A DNA stretch of 64,000 bases, taken from assembly GCA_965287045.1 (NCBI GenBank), contig OZ336881.1, positions 45,694,001 to 45,758,000 of the forward strand. The letters run 5' to 3'. This document shows positions 24,608-37,239 of the stretch, piece by piece. The position numbers and the translations under genes were made by a program. Every line of letters begins with the position of its first letter. Position 1 is the first letter of the stretch. The notes under the pieces were generated by a model. That model was given only the letters and a program-made list of their open reading frames with translations, ran no database searches and was not told where the DNA came from. This stretch comes from Carcharhinus amblyrhynchos (taxonomy: Eukaryota).

Positions 24608-26812
24608 TATAATTCTCTCCAAACCTCTCTATTATGGTAGATTACTCAAGTGTTTTAAGCCGAACAACAATCCATGTTTCATCTATTTTTCTCACCACTA
24701 AATGTTTTTAACCTGCAATTATTTGTATCACAGAGTTTTACTGGGAAAAACTGTCAATACATAACATCCTACCAAACCATTATTTGAAATGGTATACTGC
24801 ACAGAAAGAGTACTCCCACTGAAAAGAAGGCAAAGTACCACTGGATGAAAGGGTTCTATCAGTTATGTTCTCATATTTTTGGAAGATGACAATAATAAAT
24901 TATTCTTCCGACAGTCAAAAAAAAATGCCAAGTAGTGTATCAAGTAAACAACAGCAGTCTCACTTGAATGGAACATTGGAAATAAAACTTGAATGAGAGG
25001 GATGTAAAAGAAAATCTAAAGATCCAATACATTTTCCAATGCTCTTTGACCTCAGAAGCCCTAGAATTATGAGAATCTATAGTATTTGCCTCCGTCCTGA
25101 CCTAATAACTCTCGCCACATGATTATATACATTATCATTTTTTTCTGCTTTCTAATTCACTCGACAATCTGTTTTTACAACTATTCCTGTTATTGCCTGA
25201 CTCACCACAGATCCCACCCCAGCTTGTCCCACAATAGTCGAGCATTTTTATTGTTTTCTTGGATGCATTCTTCAATCAAAATGTTCATCCCACAGAATGG
25301 AATGATTACAAGGTTTTGATTGTGATTTTGGAATCTAAATATTTTCATTTTAGAATGAGAACATAATTCAGAAAAAAGAAACCCAATTTATTAATCCTGA
25401 AGCAGTTTCAAATTCATTCAAATTAATACCTGCAATACCTTCATGCCCGAGTCATTGCTTTTTATTAAATCTGTGTATTGTCTTTAACTGGGAAATTGCT
25501 CTGAATTTGTGTACTCAATGCAAATGAGGAGATCATAATATAGATAAGTGAATTGGCCTTCCAGAGCACTATTTTAATCAACTCCAAATGAAGTAAGCAA
25601 TCTGCATAAAATACAAAGCTCAAGTTATGAATTATAGGATCACTGTTGACCAGACTATGACTGAAATATTTGCTTGTATCCCCCACCCTCATAATTAAAT
25701 AACAGGAATGCTGCAAGCATCTCCTGTGGTACCATTTCCAGTGACTCCAAAAGTAAGGTTTTCCTTGTTTAATAATCAATATGTTTTAAAATAGTTATTG
25801 AGGTGTTTAAAAGCACAGCATTTCCTGTAAGGAGATGTGTACACTTTGGTCTTTGGCTGTTTGCAACCACTTTTCTGTTGCGGTTGACGACACATGACAA
25901 ACCCAGCTACATGAAAATAAACCTGGAATTTATATGAATAAAATTCTTCAAGGGTGTTAAAGATTATTTTGATCAAGGAGCATATATCTGTTTAAATATT
26001 GTTTTCTAGGACTTATGACGCTGTTCTCTATCTTCATAGTTAATGTAACATTTTCAGTTTTTCTTGCTTTTTGTTGAATATAAAGGGAAAGTGTATGATT
26101 CAATTGTTTAAATACAGCAAAAAATATTTGCAAGTATTTTTAAAATGGGGATATATTCAAACATTTTACAAGTTCTGGTTCAGAGATCTTTTCCACAACC
26201 GTAAAAATGATTTTCTTTAATTACATTGTACCTTCACACAAATATCTGATGATTGTGCACTTTTTCCACACTTAAGTTACATTCCTAAATTACTGATACA
26301 TTTCAGGTTTTCATTTTTAATTCTTTTATGCAAGCAAATTAATGTAATTTTTGTTTTAAACCTTTGAAGAATCTAGCAGTGGTCGAAGCTAGGTGATCTT
26401 GCCAAATTACAACTTGTACCGCAGTATGATGGAGCACTGCTTATTTTCAAAGTAGACAGTTGTGTTCTTTCACACATGAGGAAAGGCCTGTGGCTTGTCT
26501 AGATCAAATATCTTCGACATGAGAAAAATATTATTTTTATCTAGGTTTGGGGATCATGTAGCTGATGTTTGCAGGTGGCCATCTTATGTTCTATTTTAAT
26601 TCAAGACATATAGTAGGCCAAATAATAGATTGCATGGTGCAAAAGCCACTCCTTTATTAAGATTTGTTAACAGGACATAGGAAACTCCAGAGTAAAATGG
26701 CCACATTTGCGTGTGTCTGTCCCCGGAAGGGTGGAATGTAATTTTTGTGGATGTCTGCAGCTGTTACCTTGAAGGATATAATTTCATTTTTCATCTATTC
26801 TTCCCTATCTAG

Positions 26813-26839
26813 ACTGTATCAGGATTAACTGTAATAACA
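26813..26839 (+). CDS. NRXN1: Neurexin SS3 alternatively spliced 27-nt microexon
   Basis: ttcttccctatctag|ACTGTATCAGGATTAACTGTAATAACA|gtaagt. In frame with the previous exon it gives DCIRINCNN(S), matching the known SS3 insert DCIRINCNSS. Too short to appear in the ORF track. Confidence 0.95.
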
Positions 26840-27336
26840 GTAAGTTGCTGTTCAAAGCTTTTTCACTCTTTCTCTTCTACTTTTAAAACAATTTACAAAA
26901 GTAGAACTATATCTTTTCATTGACTCTCAAATATACTTTAAGAAATTGAAATGTACTGATTTGTTTAGAGATAGAATATACAAGACACTTGTCAGGGTGT
27001 TAAAAAATGTTTTTTAATGCATTTTTTTCAACAAAACCTTTCTCTTGAGTAGTTTTTTTTTCAGCATACAGGCTTAGATTGTATGGAATTCAGGAGATAA
27101 AAGTATGCCTTGCATTAAGTCTTTGTTGCTTAAGAACTATGTGGCAAAGTAAGAGCACGTAATGTATTTGGGAAAGATTAAGGTAATTTTAGAGTTTAGT
27201 GTATTGAATGTGAGATGGGTCTTGTGTAGATATCCATACTCCCAAGACTCCAATTGAAGAAATATTTTTTTACACCCTGTTTACTGCACATCAATGGTGG
27301 GTTGGAATCACAAATACATTAATTTAACACATAATA

Positions 27337-27397
27337 TGCATGACTTCTCTTTAAATATGCTTCAGATAATGCATGGAAAAATATATGTATTTGCATG
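27337..27397 (+). promoter_or_regulatory. Cluster of three RBFOX-binding motifs (TGCATG) about 500 nt downstream of the SS3 microexon
   Basis: TGCATG at 27337, 27370 and 27392, plus GCATG at 27541 and one upstream TGCATG at 26631. Confidence 0.6.
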
Positions 27398-30300
27398 ACT
27401 TTTGAAGGTTTTTAAATGTAGAAAAGGAAAGGATTGTGACTTTTCTTCTAATAATTACACTTGCAGAAAAGTCCAATGGCAGTCATTTTGCCAAACTAAA
27501 TGCTGAAAGAACTCTGAGATTGGTATCAACACACTTAATCGCATGACTAATATAACAGCAGTTTGAGAAATGCTCTGAAATAACATTATTTTAATGTCCT
27601 AATAACGTAATATTAATGCTATATTTGTTAACATAATTTTCCTGTTCCACAAAATTGTTGCCACTTTATCAACCTGTAAACAGACAGAAAAGTTTATTTA
27701 ACAAATTCACTAAAAAAAATCAAGATACAATAACCTTTCAATATTGCTTTCCTAATTAAATACTAACACATTTGTATTGTCTTCAAACAACTCTCTTGGA
27801 AATAATTTCTGTGAATGCCTACATCCATCCTATTTTAGTCAAGTACGGAAAGTAACTGAAGATAAACTTTTGTAAGATTATCATTCATTAAAAATGTTAA
27901 TAAAGAAGTGTACATGTCTCTCAAATGTAACCTACCATAATGTGATAGTTTAGACATAAGCTTAATTTCTCAGAATTTTCATGATAGGAAAGGATGCTCC
28001 CATCTAGTCATGGATTTTTCAGACACATTTTTGAACTGCATTGTTTGTTGGTTCTGTGTTATTTTATTACTATACCTATATATATGGTGCAATGAAAACA
28101 TTTTAAAATTTAGTAGGATATACACTGTTGGTGAGATGATAAGTTCAAAGTGTACTGATCACGTTGTGTACATTAGCAATTACAAACCCACTACAGTCTC
28201 TTACATGACACATTCCCGAGAGGGGACCAATCCTTTTTGATGACTAATTCACAGGCATTCTTAACCACTTGGGATATGATTAGCACCCAGAAGACAGAAA
28301 ATGCACATTACATCATCAAATTTGGACAACTGAGGCAGCAGTTATAACAACTGATGCCACTGTTTACCTTATATCTGACATGAAAAAATGGGGTTGGTTT
28401 GTTGGATTCTATCTAGAATAGCCATAATATGTTTTCCTACCTAAGCAATTACTTTTATGAAGATGTGTTTCCTTTATATGTCTCTAAAAGGTTACTTTTG
28501 CACTTTCTCCAAAGGGAAATAAGTGTTATTTCACTCCTGGTATTTCTTCTCATTTTGAATGAGGAGTGCCTCAGGGGCACATGCATTCGTTCACCACTAG
28601 GAGAGCAATATAACCTTAAGAGCCTGCTTGAATCTGGTACAGGTGTATGCTTTCTCCACTGCTCTGATCTAATTTAAAGTGATCTAGTTTAGAGTCTTTA
28701 TGCTGCCAATTCTCAAACACAGTTTGCAAGGGAAAGGAAGGTCAGAAATCAGGAAGTAATTTGAAACCGATGTCGACCCTCGAGTTGTTCATTCACTACT
28801 GCAGCCTCAGCTAAAAGTATGGAATTAGCTGCAGTGATTTAAAGATACATTTTCAGAAGCCTAAATCAACACTCCAAACACCATAGGTTCAGGTAAGTGA
28901 AGTCTTGGGAATTATTTTGTGTGGATTTGGTAGTAGTTTGTAAATTATTATAGCTACTCACTTCAGTACTCTCTCTCGGTAGCACAGTGCCATTGTGACA
29001 ATTATTCTTCTTTGTACCATGATTCATTTATAGTTTGTGTATAATGGAGCAAACTCTAATAATGAGAAGTTAGCTACTACATTTTGCCAGGTTCTTTTCG
29101 ATGACATTACTTAACTGGCTTTGTTTTGGCGTCAACATCCATGGTCTCCTAATTCAGTTGGAACTCGTAGCAATTACCCTGACTTTCATGTTTCCTGTTT
29201 GCAGTTAGGTGTAAGAAGCAAAGAAAATTTCCTTCTTTCATTGAAATGTTTCTCCTTTGCCTTATGATAGTAAATCAGGTCCAAAACAGAAACCCTGCAG
29301 ATGTGAAGCACCGATTATCAGTTGCAAACAAATCACCCTGATTAATTAATTCTAGTCATTAGAACTATCACTGCAATTTTAATTTTGACAATGGTAGCTG
29401 ATCTATAAGGAAACTAACTTTTCAAAGAAAATCATATCTAGTCACATAGGTAGGAAGATAGTTGATTATTTTGGATAATAGGCTGCTCATCCACAGAGAG
29501 ATAATATTGGGATAAACTAGACATGAGGAACATTAAAGACACCTGTTGCTCATTTTCTAATAGGGTCTACATTCCATGGCATGAGTCAAGGTTGAGAACA
29601 GCTAACAAAGTTGATACCCCACAAAACCCTTCCTCTCTATTTTCCTAATTTTGCCAACATTTGAAACCTCTCTGCGGATGCAAAATGGCATATTCCTTCA
29701 TATTAAAGATATAATTGACATATGCTACCAGTTTGCTTCATAAACTTCTGGAAATGTTCAACAAAAGTGCTAATGCCTGCTCCACTACATGTTATAGATT
29801 CTGTGGCATAATTTGAAGCAAAGTAGGAATTTAGTTAACATTCATCCCTCAGGGTGACTAAAAAAGATTTATTGATCAAGCATCTCGTTGCTGTTTATGA
29901 GATCCTGTCATCCAGAAAATTACTGCTTTACTGCTTATATAAGAATAGTCTCAGTATTTCAGAATAATATATATATTCATATACTTCTAGCATGGTGTAA
30001 AACAGGTTTTTCTTTGAGCTAAAATGATGTGGAAAAATATAGATTTCATAAATCATCTTTATAATTTAGGTGTGACATTGTATTTGAAATCTTTGCAAAT
30101 GGTTCATTCCAACAAATTGTATTACTGTTTAATATTCTCATTATGATGCACCATAGGGTTATCAGATACAATTTTTGTTTAGTATTTACAGTAAGTTGAC
30201 CTTCTAAACTAAATTATGAACAATTGTGAAATGTTCTTTGGAAGCCTGAGGGATATTTGTTGTGAGTATTTAAAATTTCACTCTGGCATTATAAATAACA

Positions 30301-30560
30301 CACTTCTGATATTGGATGTTAGAGCAGATTGTTTCTTCAAGCACAGGAAGTTTTTTTTGCTATATGAAACCTATATTAATTTCATCTGAGAGTGCTCAAA
30401 GTTAGCATTCTGTATCCCAGACAAATATGTTTACTTATTTGACAAGACAAGGTCGATCTTGGGTTAGATGATGTTATTTATCTTTATTTTCAATTTTGTA
30501 ATTGCCATAAATCAAAATTCAAGAAGCATTAATCCTATATTTGCTGTGACGTAAATGATA

Positions 30561-31030
30561 CAGTAAAAAGTCTGACAACATCAGGTTTTAGTCCAACCTA
30601 TTTATTTGATAATATACTCACAAGCTTTCGAGGTTAGCCCCTTCATCAGGTGAATGGAGAGTTCTGGCCTCAGACAGAGCATATAAAGCACAGACAGTTT
30701 AGAGATTACTGATTAGAATGCGAATCCTTACACCTAACCTGCTGTTCAAGACCTGAAGTGGCTGATAATTTGAGTGGAAGGAGCACTGATCACAGTTTAA
30801 AGAGATGTGTATTGTCTCCAGACAGTACAGTAAGTGAGGTTTTGCAAACCCAGGCAAGTCACGGGGGTTACAGATAGTGCGACATGAACCCAAGATCCCT
30901 GTTGAGACCGTCCTCATGTGTGCGGAACTTGGCTATCAGTCTTTGTTCAGCGACTCTGCGCTGTCGTGTGTCGTGAAGGCCGCCTTGGAGAATGCTTACC
31001 CGAAGGTCAGAGGCTGAATGCCCGTGACAC
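30561..31030 (-). mobile_element. Young Penelope-like element 3' fragment: intact GIY-YIG C-terminal codons plus terminal repeat
   Basis: 31026 to 30868 reads HGHSASDLRVSILQGGLHDTRQRRVAEQRLIAKFRTHEDGLNRDLGFMSHYL* without disablements; CpGs are retained. Confidence 0.88.
30618..30653 (-). ncRNA. Minimal type I hammerhead ribozyme motif in the Penelope terminal repeat
   Basis: Minus strand UCAC-CUGAUGA-A-GGGG-CUAA-CCUC-GAAA-GC-UU-GUGA: intact core, stem I UCAC/GUGA, stem II GGGG/CCUC, palindromic AAGCUU stem III region. Confidence 0.7.
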
Positions 31031-32479
31031 CACAGACTTGATTTTTCTCGTGATGCAGTTCATCAGGAGCATTTTTCACCTTTGTTGCCAATGCAGTAAT
31101 GTAGTAGAGTGGATGGCCAGATTGATTGTGCTTCATTTGTATCGCAGATTTTGGGCGAGTTCTGCATGGTGGATGATCCTAGCCTTCAGAATATTGCTCG
31201 AGTGAAATCTAAGTAGATAAGTCTTACAGACTGGGATGTTCACAGATCCAATTCTCAATCCATACAGAGTTAATTGATCTAAGTGGATGGTGGTCCCAAT
31301 GACACAACTGCCCTTAACAGTAATAGTACAAGGATTTTACTTGACACTGCCAGGCATGTTTTTGCTGGAGGTAGCATGTAAAATAGGTCAGGTGGCTAGC
31401 CCACCGTCATCCTGCTCACCCTAAGCTGACATCAAAAATGTATTAGTTCAGTAAGTGCTGAAATTGGCAGTATGCCCACCAAATAAATTAGTAAGGCCAA
31501 ATTATGTTTGCAGGCAAGGCTGAATACCATGCTGCCTAGCCAAACTATGGCTGATAGCTGGTATGGCATGAAAAGGGAAAACCAACTGATTTTGGGAGGG
31601 ATGATCTGTGGTCATTGAGATCTCTCCCTCTTCAAAGACATCACTCCCCTCCTTTCTTCTATGTCACCTAGCCCATTTATCCTGCACTTCAATTTCCTCT
31701 CCTCCCTCCCCTCTCCCCAAATTGCCTTCTTACCTTTCTGGGGCAGCCATCACTCTCCTTCTGGCAAGGCCAGAAGCGTCTCCATTACTGAGCAATACTG
31801 ACCAATCTGATTGGCCAGCAACTTCCAAAGTGAGGATGATCTCTCACTGAGTAGCAGAAATCCACGTTCAATCAATTTAGCCCACCCCAGTGACCCATGG
31901 CCACGCAGTGGGCTTGTTTTAGTCGTGTCAGCTTCTGGCCTCTTCCCGCTGTAAAATGCAGCCCAAGGATAGGTAAAGCTGTCAACACTCCTGATCATTA
32001 TCTAGCAATCCCTGCAAGAAACCGGAATGTGTGGCTTAAGAACAGAATTGTCTTCATTAGGTTTACACCATACTCAAATAGATGACGGGTGACCATTGCC
32101 AAGAATCACATTTGAGATTTCTAGTAATAGAAATTTGAATAACATTCAAGAGCACAGCTGTGCCATCAAAACCATTTGCTCTAGCAAGAAGTCAAACCTC
32201 TATGAGAAGAGGAGATGGAAGGGGAAGAGATGGGGGGAATTGGTAAAATAGGGGTAAAGTATTGTCTTTATTTGAGTTTTAACATAAATTAGCTTTATAT
32301 CAAGATATTTGCAAATATTGATGAAAATAATCCAAGTTCCAATGCACAAGCAGTTTGTTCTTTTTCCTGCGTAATGTACTTGCCTTAACATTGCAAAGCA
32401 TCCAGTCACTTTGGAGGATGATTGACATGGACTGAAAACACTCTTAAAAATTCAACTGTTTATATTTTAGACTGAAAAA

Positions 32480-33500
32480 TCAATGTGAGGGTCACTCCAA
32501 GGTAGACATGATATAAGATCACAGGAATAAACTTTTATCTTGATCGGGCAAAATGCTGTCCCAGTTTACTGGCTCTGCAGTAAAGAAAACTCATCGTAAT
32601 ATGATGTGCATGCCTTATCCAAAATATGCTCCATGAAAAATACAATCTTGTTGGCAATGCAAACAATCATCTCCGATTACATCAAGTCCACTTTGAACAG
32701 AGGTACCAATCTCATGTCAGCATTCTCTTCCAGAAATGGAGGCTCAAACCAAACTCCCATAAAACAACAGTCACCACATTTCATCTTGATAACATACCTT
32801 AAATGTGACCTTCTGTGGCAACTTTGTATGACATGTTCCTAGTCTAACTTATCTGGGAATAAATGGACTGCAGTTAACCTTCCAAGACCACCTGAAGAAA
32901 CCACCAAGATGCAGTCAAGAGTCAACTTGATCCAGAAACTGGCAATCACCAGCACCACAGACTTGAGTGATGGCCCTCAAGTACTCCGTAGCTGAACACT
33001 GTGTACCTGTATGGATCAGAAGAAACTACACTCAGCTGGTTGATGTCCAACTGAACACTATAATAAGATGCATCACTGGAACTTTGAAGTCGACCCCAAC
33101 ACCCTGACTACTCATGCTGGCACACACCACCCCTCCAACCTGCCTCCAAACCAATCTGCCACAATATAGTAACTCTCTATGAATTTCAGCAAATTGAAGA
33201 AAGCAAATGCCTCCCCATCCACCAGGTTCTCATCAATATTCCCATCTCATAAGCCACTGGACCTATGCACCCCTGGCAAAGTGATTTCAACCCTGAAGAA
33301 GCTTGGAAAAAATGAGAAGACACAAACCAACACCTCATGAAAATCCTGACAAGAAGATCCTAGCTTTAACCTTCCCAAAAACTCATGGGCATCCTTAAAC
33401 TACATCAATACAAACCATGGAAGATGCACAAATGGAAAATTGAAAACTCTCCTGTATGCAACTGTGGTCACCAAGAACAGACCATGGAACATACAAAGTA
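32480..33500 (+). mobile_element. Degenerate Vingi/Ingi-like LINE (RT and C-terminal region)
   Basis: SRVNLIQKLA and HCVPVWIRRNYTQLVDVQLNTIIRCITGTLKSTPTP*LLMLAHTTPP fit the Vingi/Ingi-type pattern as I recall it. Confidence 0.65.
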
Positions 33501-33589
33501 TTCCTTGACTTGTGTATTGCTGTAGTGCCTCGTTTATTTTTCATCAGTTCTGGTATAATATCCCAACTTAACCATCTTGATATAAAATT

Positions 33590-35420
33590 ATAATTGTTGG
33601 TCCACACCCAGTCAGAAATTTTGGCACATTATGACCCAGAACTACCAACCATACTAACGGCAAATTCATCATCAACAGGACTCGGGGAGTATTATTTCAA
33701 GCCCAGAGAGATAGCAAACATAAATCAGTTTACTATGCTTCAAGGCCAGAAACAGAACCAAAAGGCTTCATACTAAAAATTCTCAACAACATTATGGGAT
33801 TGTGGTTCAAAATTGAGACTGATCATAAGCCACCAGTCACTCTTCAGAAAATAAAATAAACTGTGAAGATGCTGCCCAGAACCTAGCCGTTCAGATTAAA
33901 ATTGAGATATGGCTCCATAAGTGTGTTTAAGCGAAGTGCTAAGCAATTGCAGACACACTGTCACAGAGACCATCAGAAGGAATCAAACAAGAGGATTTAT
34001 ATTTCACACAAGGAGTTAGAAGCATTCATACCTCTAATTACCAATACTTAACCAGCTACTGCAAAAATGGTTGCAGGGAATAAAACGAGCACAGCAACAA
34101 GATGCGAAATGTCTCCTGATAAGCGAATATTGTCTGGAAGGATAGCCAGATTATGTCCCCTACTGCAGTAATACTTTGAACTGCGCAAGCACCTCCACAA
34201 TCATCGACAATTTATTAGCCTTCAATGAGGTAATAGTTATACTGCAAGCACTTTAATTCTATTTTTTAAAAACTTCAATGAGGGATAGCAAAACATCATG
34301 TGTGAGCCCAGCAATCAATTTGGTTGCCAGGCATTATTCATTCTATAGAGGGCTTATTTCTAAATGTCTTGGGGTACAGTAAAGTGCAAAAAGGCTGCCA
34401 TCAATTTACTTTTCCATCAAGGTCGTGTGAGTGCAAGGAATATATTATTTAATTTTGAGGGGGAAAAAATTCTTCTTGTCATTGATTGCTACTCAAGTTA
34501 TATTAAAGTAAACAAATTGCAGAGCTTCAAAAAGAAGCAGTCATTTAATCACTGAATAAAATTTAGATAATACGTAGCATTCTGGGCATTGTAGTGTCAG
34601 ACAATGGGCTGGAATTTAAGAATAAGTTATTCCAAAACTTTGCAAAGGAATTCTGACTTGTTCACGTAATCCAGCTGACCTTGTTATCTCCAAGCAAATG
34701 GAGAGGCTGAGAGAAGTGTACGAAGAATGAAGACCGAGTTACCAAATATTAGTACTACAAATGATTTCTTGCCATCTGAGTTATCGATGGGAAAGAAATG
34801 GAGAAAATAACATTCATCACTGCCACACAAACTTCAACCCAATATCACCACAAGCGTTACAGTACAAGGAAGAACAGAGAATTGTGAAAAGGCTTGTAAC
34901 TTTAATCAAGTGAGTTACCAGTACTGAAGCTTGGGAGTGACACTTGGAAGATGGATATGAGGTAAAATCATTGTGGTCCCAGATGACTATAGGCAGTGAC
35001 TGGTGGCAATTTAACCTGAAGATCACCACACCTCAGACGAGGGGCAAGGTTGAGAAGGCAGGCCTTCATGAATAACCTCTGCAGATACGAAAATGAACCT
35101 GTGCTGTTGGTGTTACTCTGCATCACTAACCAACTATCCTGCCAACTGAGCTAAATTGACCCAATATGAGAACAACAGAGGAGGTATAATCATTGAAATA
35201 ATCCTGTTAGCTTGGTTATGGAGTTAAGACTGAACAGGGTATCATAAGGAGAAACTGTAGTAGCTTAATACCCTTTGAAAGAAAGCTAACAGAAACTTTG
35301 AGCTCACTAGTCGGATTCTGGAGAGAAAGAAGAAGCAGAAAGCCAAAGCTCGACAGCCATCCAAGAGTAGAACAGTCACACTGACAGAAGAGAAAGTACA
35401 AAATCTCCTCAATTTGAGAA
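33590..35420 (+). mobile_element. Degenerate Gypsy pol remnant (RNase H and integrase)
   Basis: LAHYDPELPTILTANSSSTGLG, FKIETDHKP, LLVIDCYS, VVSDNGLEF, and PCYLQANGEAERSVR. Confidence 0.82.
34960..35165 (-). mobile_element. tRNA-derived SINE of a different family, nested in the Gypsy remnant
   Basis: Minus strand begins ttagctcagttggcagg (A box) followed by caggttcattt (B-box-like). Confidence 0.55.
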
Positions 35421-35649
35421 AGAGATCAGAACAAGGTTAGGGAATTTTGGTCAAGGCATCATGGAGACTAACCCTGTGAAGTCTGAAAGTATGGGAGTAG
35501 ATGTATGAGGATGTAAATATGATAGGGATAAACACTTGGAGGGAGATGGAAATGTGAAACAAAGAGTTAATATCAGAAGCATACGATGTAACATCAGATG
35601 ACTGAGGGAAATCTGGAGGGAGAAGTTCCATCCTTGTGCTGAAGTCCCA

Positions 35650-36997
35650 AAATTACAAGCCTAATTAAAAAATCATGGTTTATGAAATTATAGTCTTGAG
35701 AAATTTTGGGAAAAAAATGCCCCAAAAAATCCCTGTCCAGACCTGCTTGCAAAAAGAAACAGTATTGAAGATTGTAGTTGCAGATATTAGATCACGTGGT
35801 GGGACCTCTTCATCAGAGTGGTTCTCTCTCCCCCTGGCTGTGCTGTTGCTCAGTGTCTGAGAACAAAACATTTGGAAAGAAAAAATGGGGATGAGATGGG
35901 GGAAAAGCAAGAGGTCCATGGTCACACCATCAGCAGCTTATTGTTCATGACAGGATGAGTCTGAGCAAGGAGTTGTGTGCATGCATAAGGTAGTAATATG
36001 CCATCATCCTTAATGTTCTCACTAATATTAGTTTCCACAGACTCAGTTTCCACTGACCCCATATGGCAGAGGCCTCTTTGTACCCCAGTGGATCTGCTCT
36101 GTGTCTTCCTAAAGTGTGCTTTCTTGTCCTGCAGCAGTGAAGGAATAACATCAGTGATTGTGTTGCATTGTGTTTGGATGATATACTAGCCACTCTCAAT
36201 AGCTAGAAGTTTGCAAAGGCCGTGAGAGCTGGGTTTATGACTGTCATGTTTGCAATTTGTGTGAGTCTGATGTTTAGTATCAAAGTTTTGGATCGCGAAT
36301 GGGATCTGTGGTCACCCCAGTATTATGATTCATCAGCTCAATGTCCTGAATGTCTGGAATTGCTGATGGAAGAGCAGCAGGTGTTTGGTGCTTCAGCAGT
36401 TGGTGGTGCAATGGATAGTAGATGTGATGTGAAGATGCATTTACTGACCTTGACCACTTGCATGAGGTCATTACATTTCTTACAACACTGCTGCCAGTTT
36501 CTTGGCACCAGTTCAGGATCTAATCTATCTGGTCACCTGCTTCCATTTCCTGTTGAGTGTAGTCCTTTGGGCTTCCCCGTCCATGGCGGACCCCTTCCAA
36601 CCACCTCCAACACCAAGGCCCGCAGAACCACATCCAGGAGCCTTCTCTGTGCTTCATATTCTTATTTGGAATTGCAGCCCAGTACAGACTGCTTTTAATA
36701 GGAGGAGGTTGTCTGTTCCATTTTCTCTCTGTGAATGATGCTAATATTCCTTTTGAGTGTTAAGGATCTGCTTGGAACAATGCTACAATTATTTAACTAA
36801 GAAGGCATTAGAAATGTGTGGTCTGCCCCACACATTTCTGTTGCCTCCTCCACAGCAACAGGTGTGGGCAGGTCTCAAATCAGGACCTCCATATCCCAAA
36901 GATTTCTTTTCCAGAGTCTTGGACAGTAATATCTGCCTCACTCTTTTCTCTAGCTTCCAGTGGGATTGGAAGGTTGACCTGCCATAAAAATTTAGCC
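35650..36997 (-). mobile_element. Harbinger-type remnant with a two-exon Myb/SANT gene
   Basis: TAA plus ggctaaattttta TIR-like start at 36997. LVPRNWQQCCKKCNDLMQVVK|gtcagt ... ctgcag|DKKAHFRKTQSRSTG has the same exon structure as 18300-19815. Confidence 0.7.
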
Positions 36998-37239
36998 TTA
37001 GTGTTATAGTGTAAAAATGCAGTGTTTTCTTTTGTGCAAACTGTTATATGGTTGTCTGGAGGCTTGTATGTTTGAGCACAAACTATTTATTGGTAGCCAT
37101 AACGATGTGTTGCCATTTAAGTTGCCTTTCTCTTCAGCAATTATTTGCTTTCTCCAGACACCATTGGTTTGTTATGTTCTTTCCACAGGGAATGTTTACT
37201 CCATTCATTCCCAGAATCGTCTCCTATTTTCTTTTTCTG

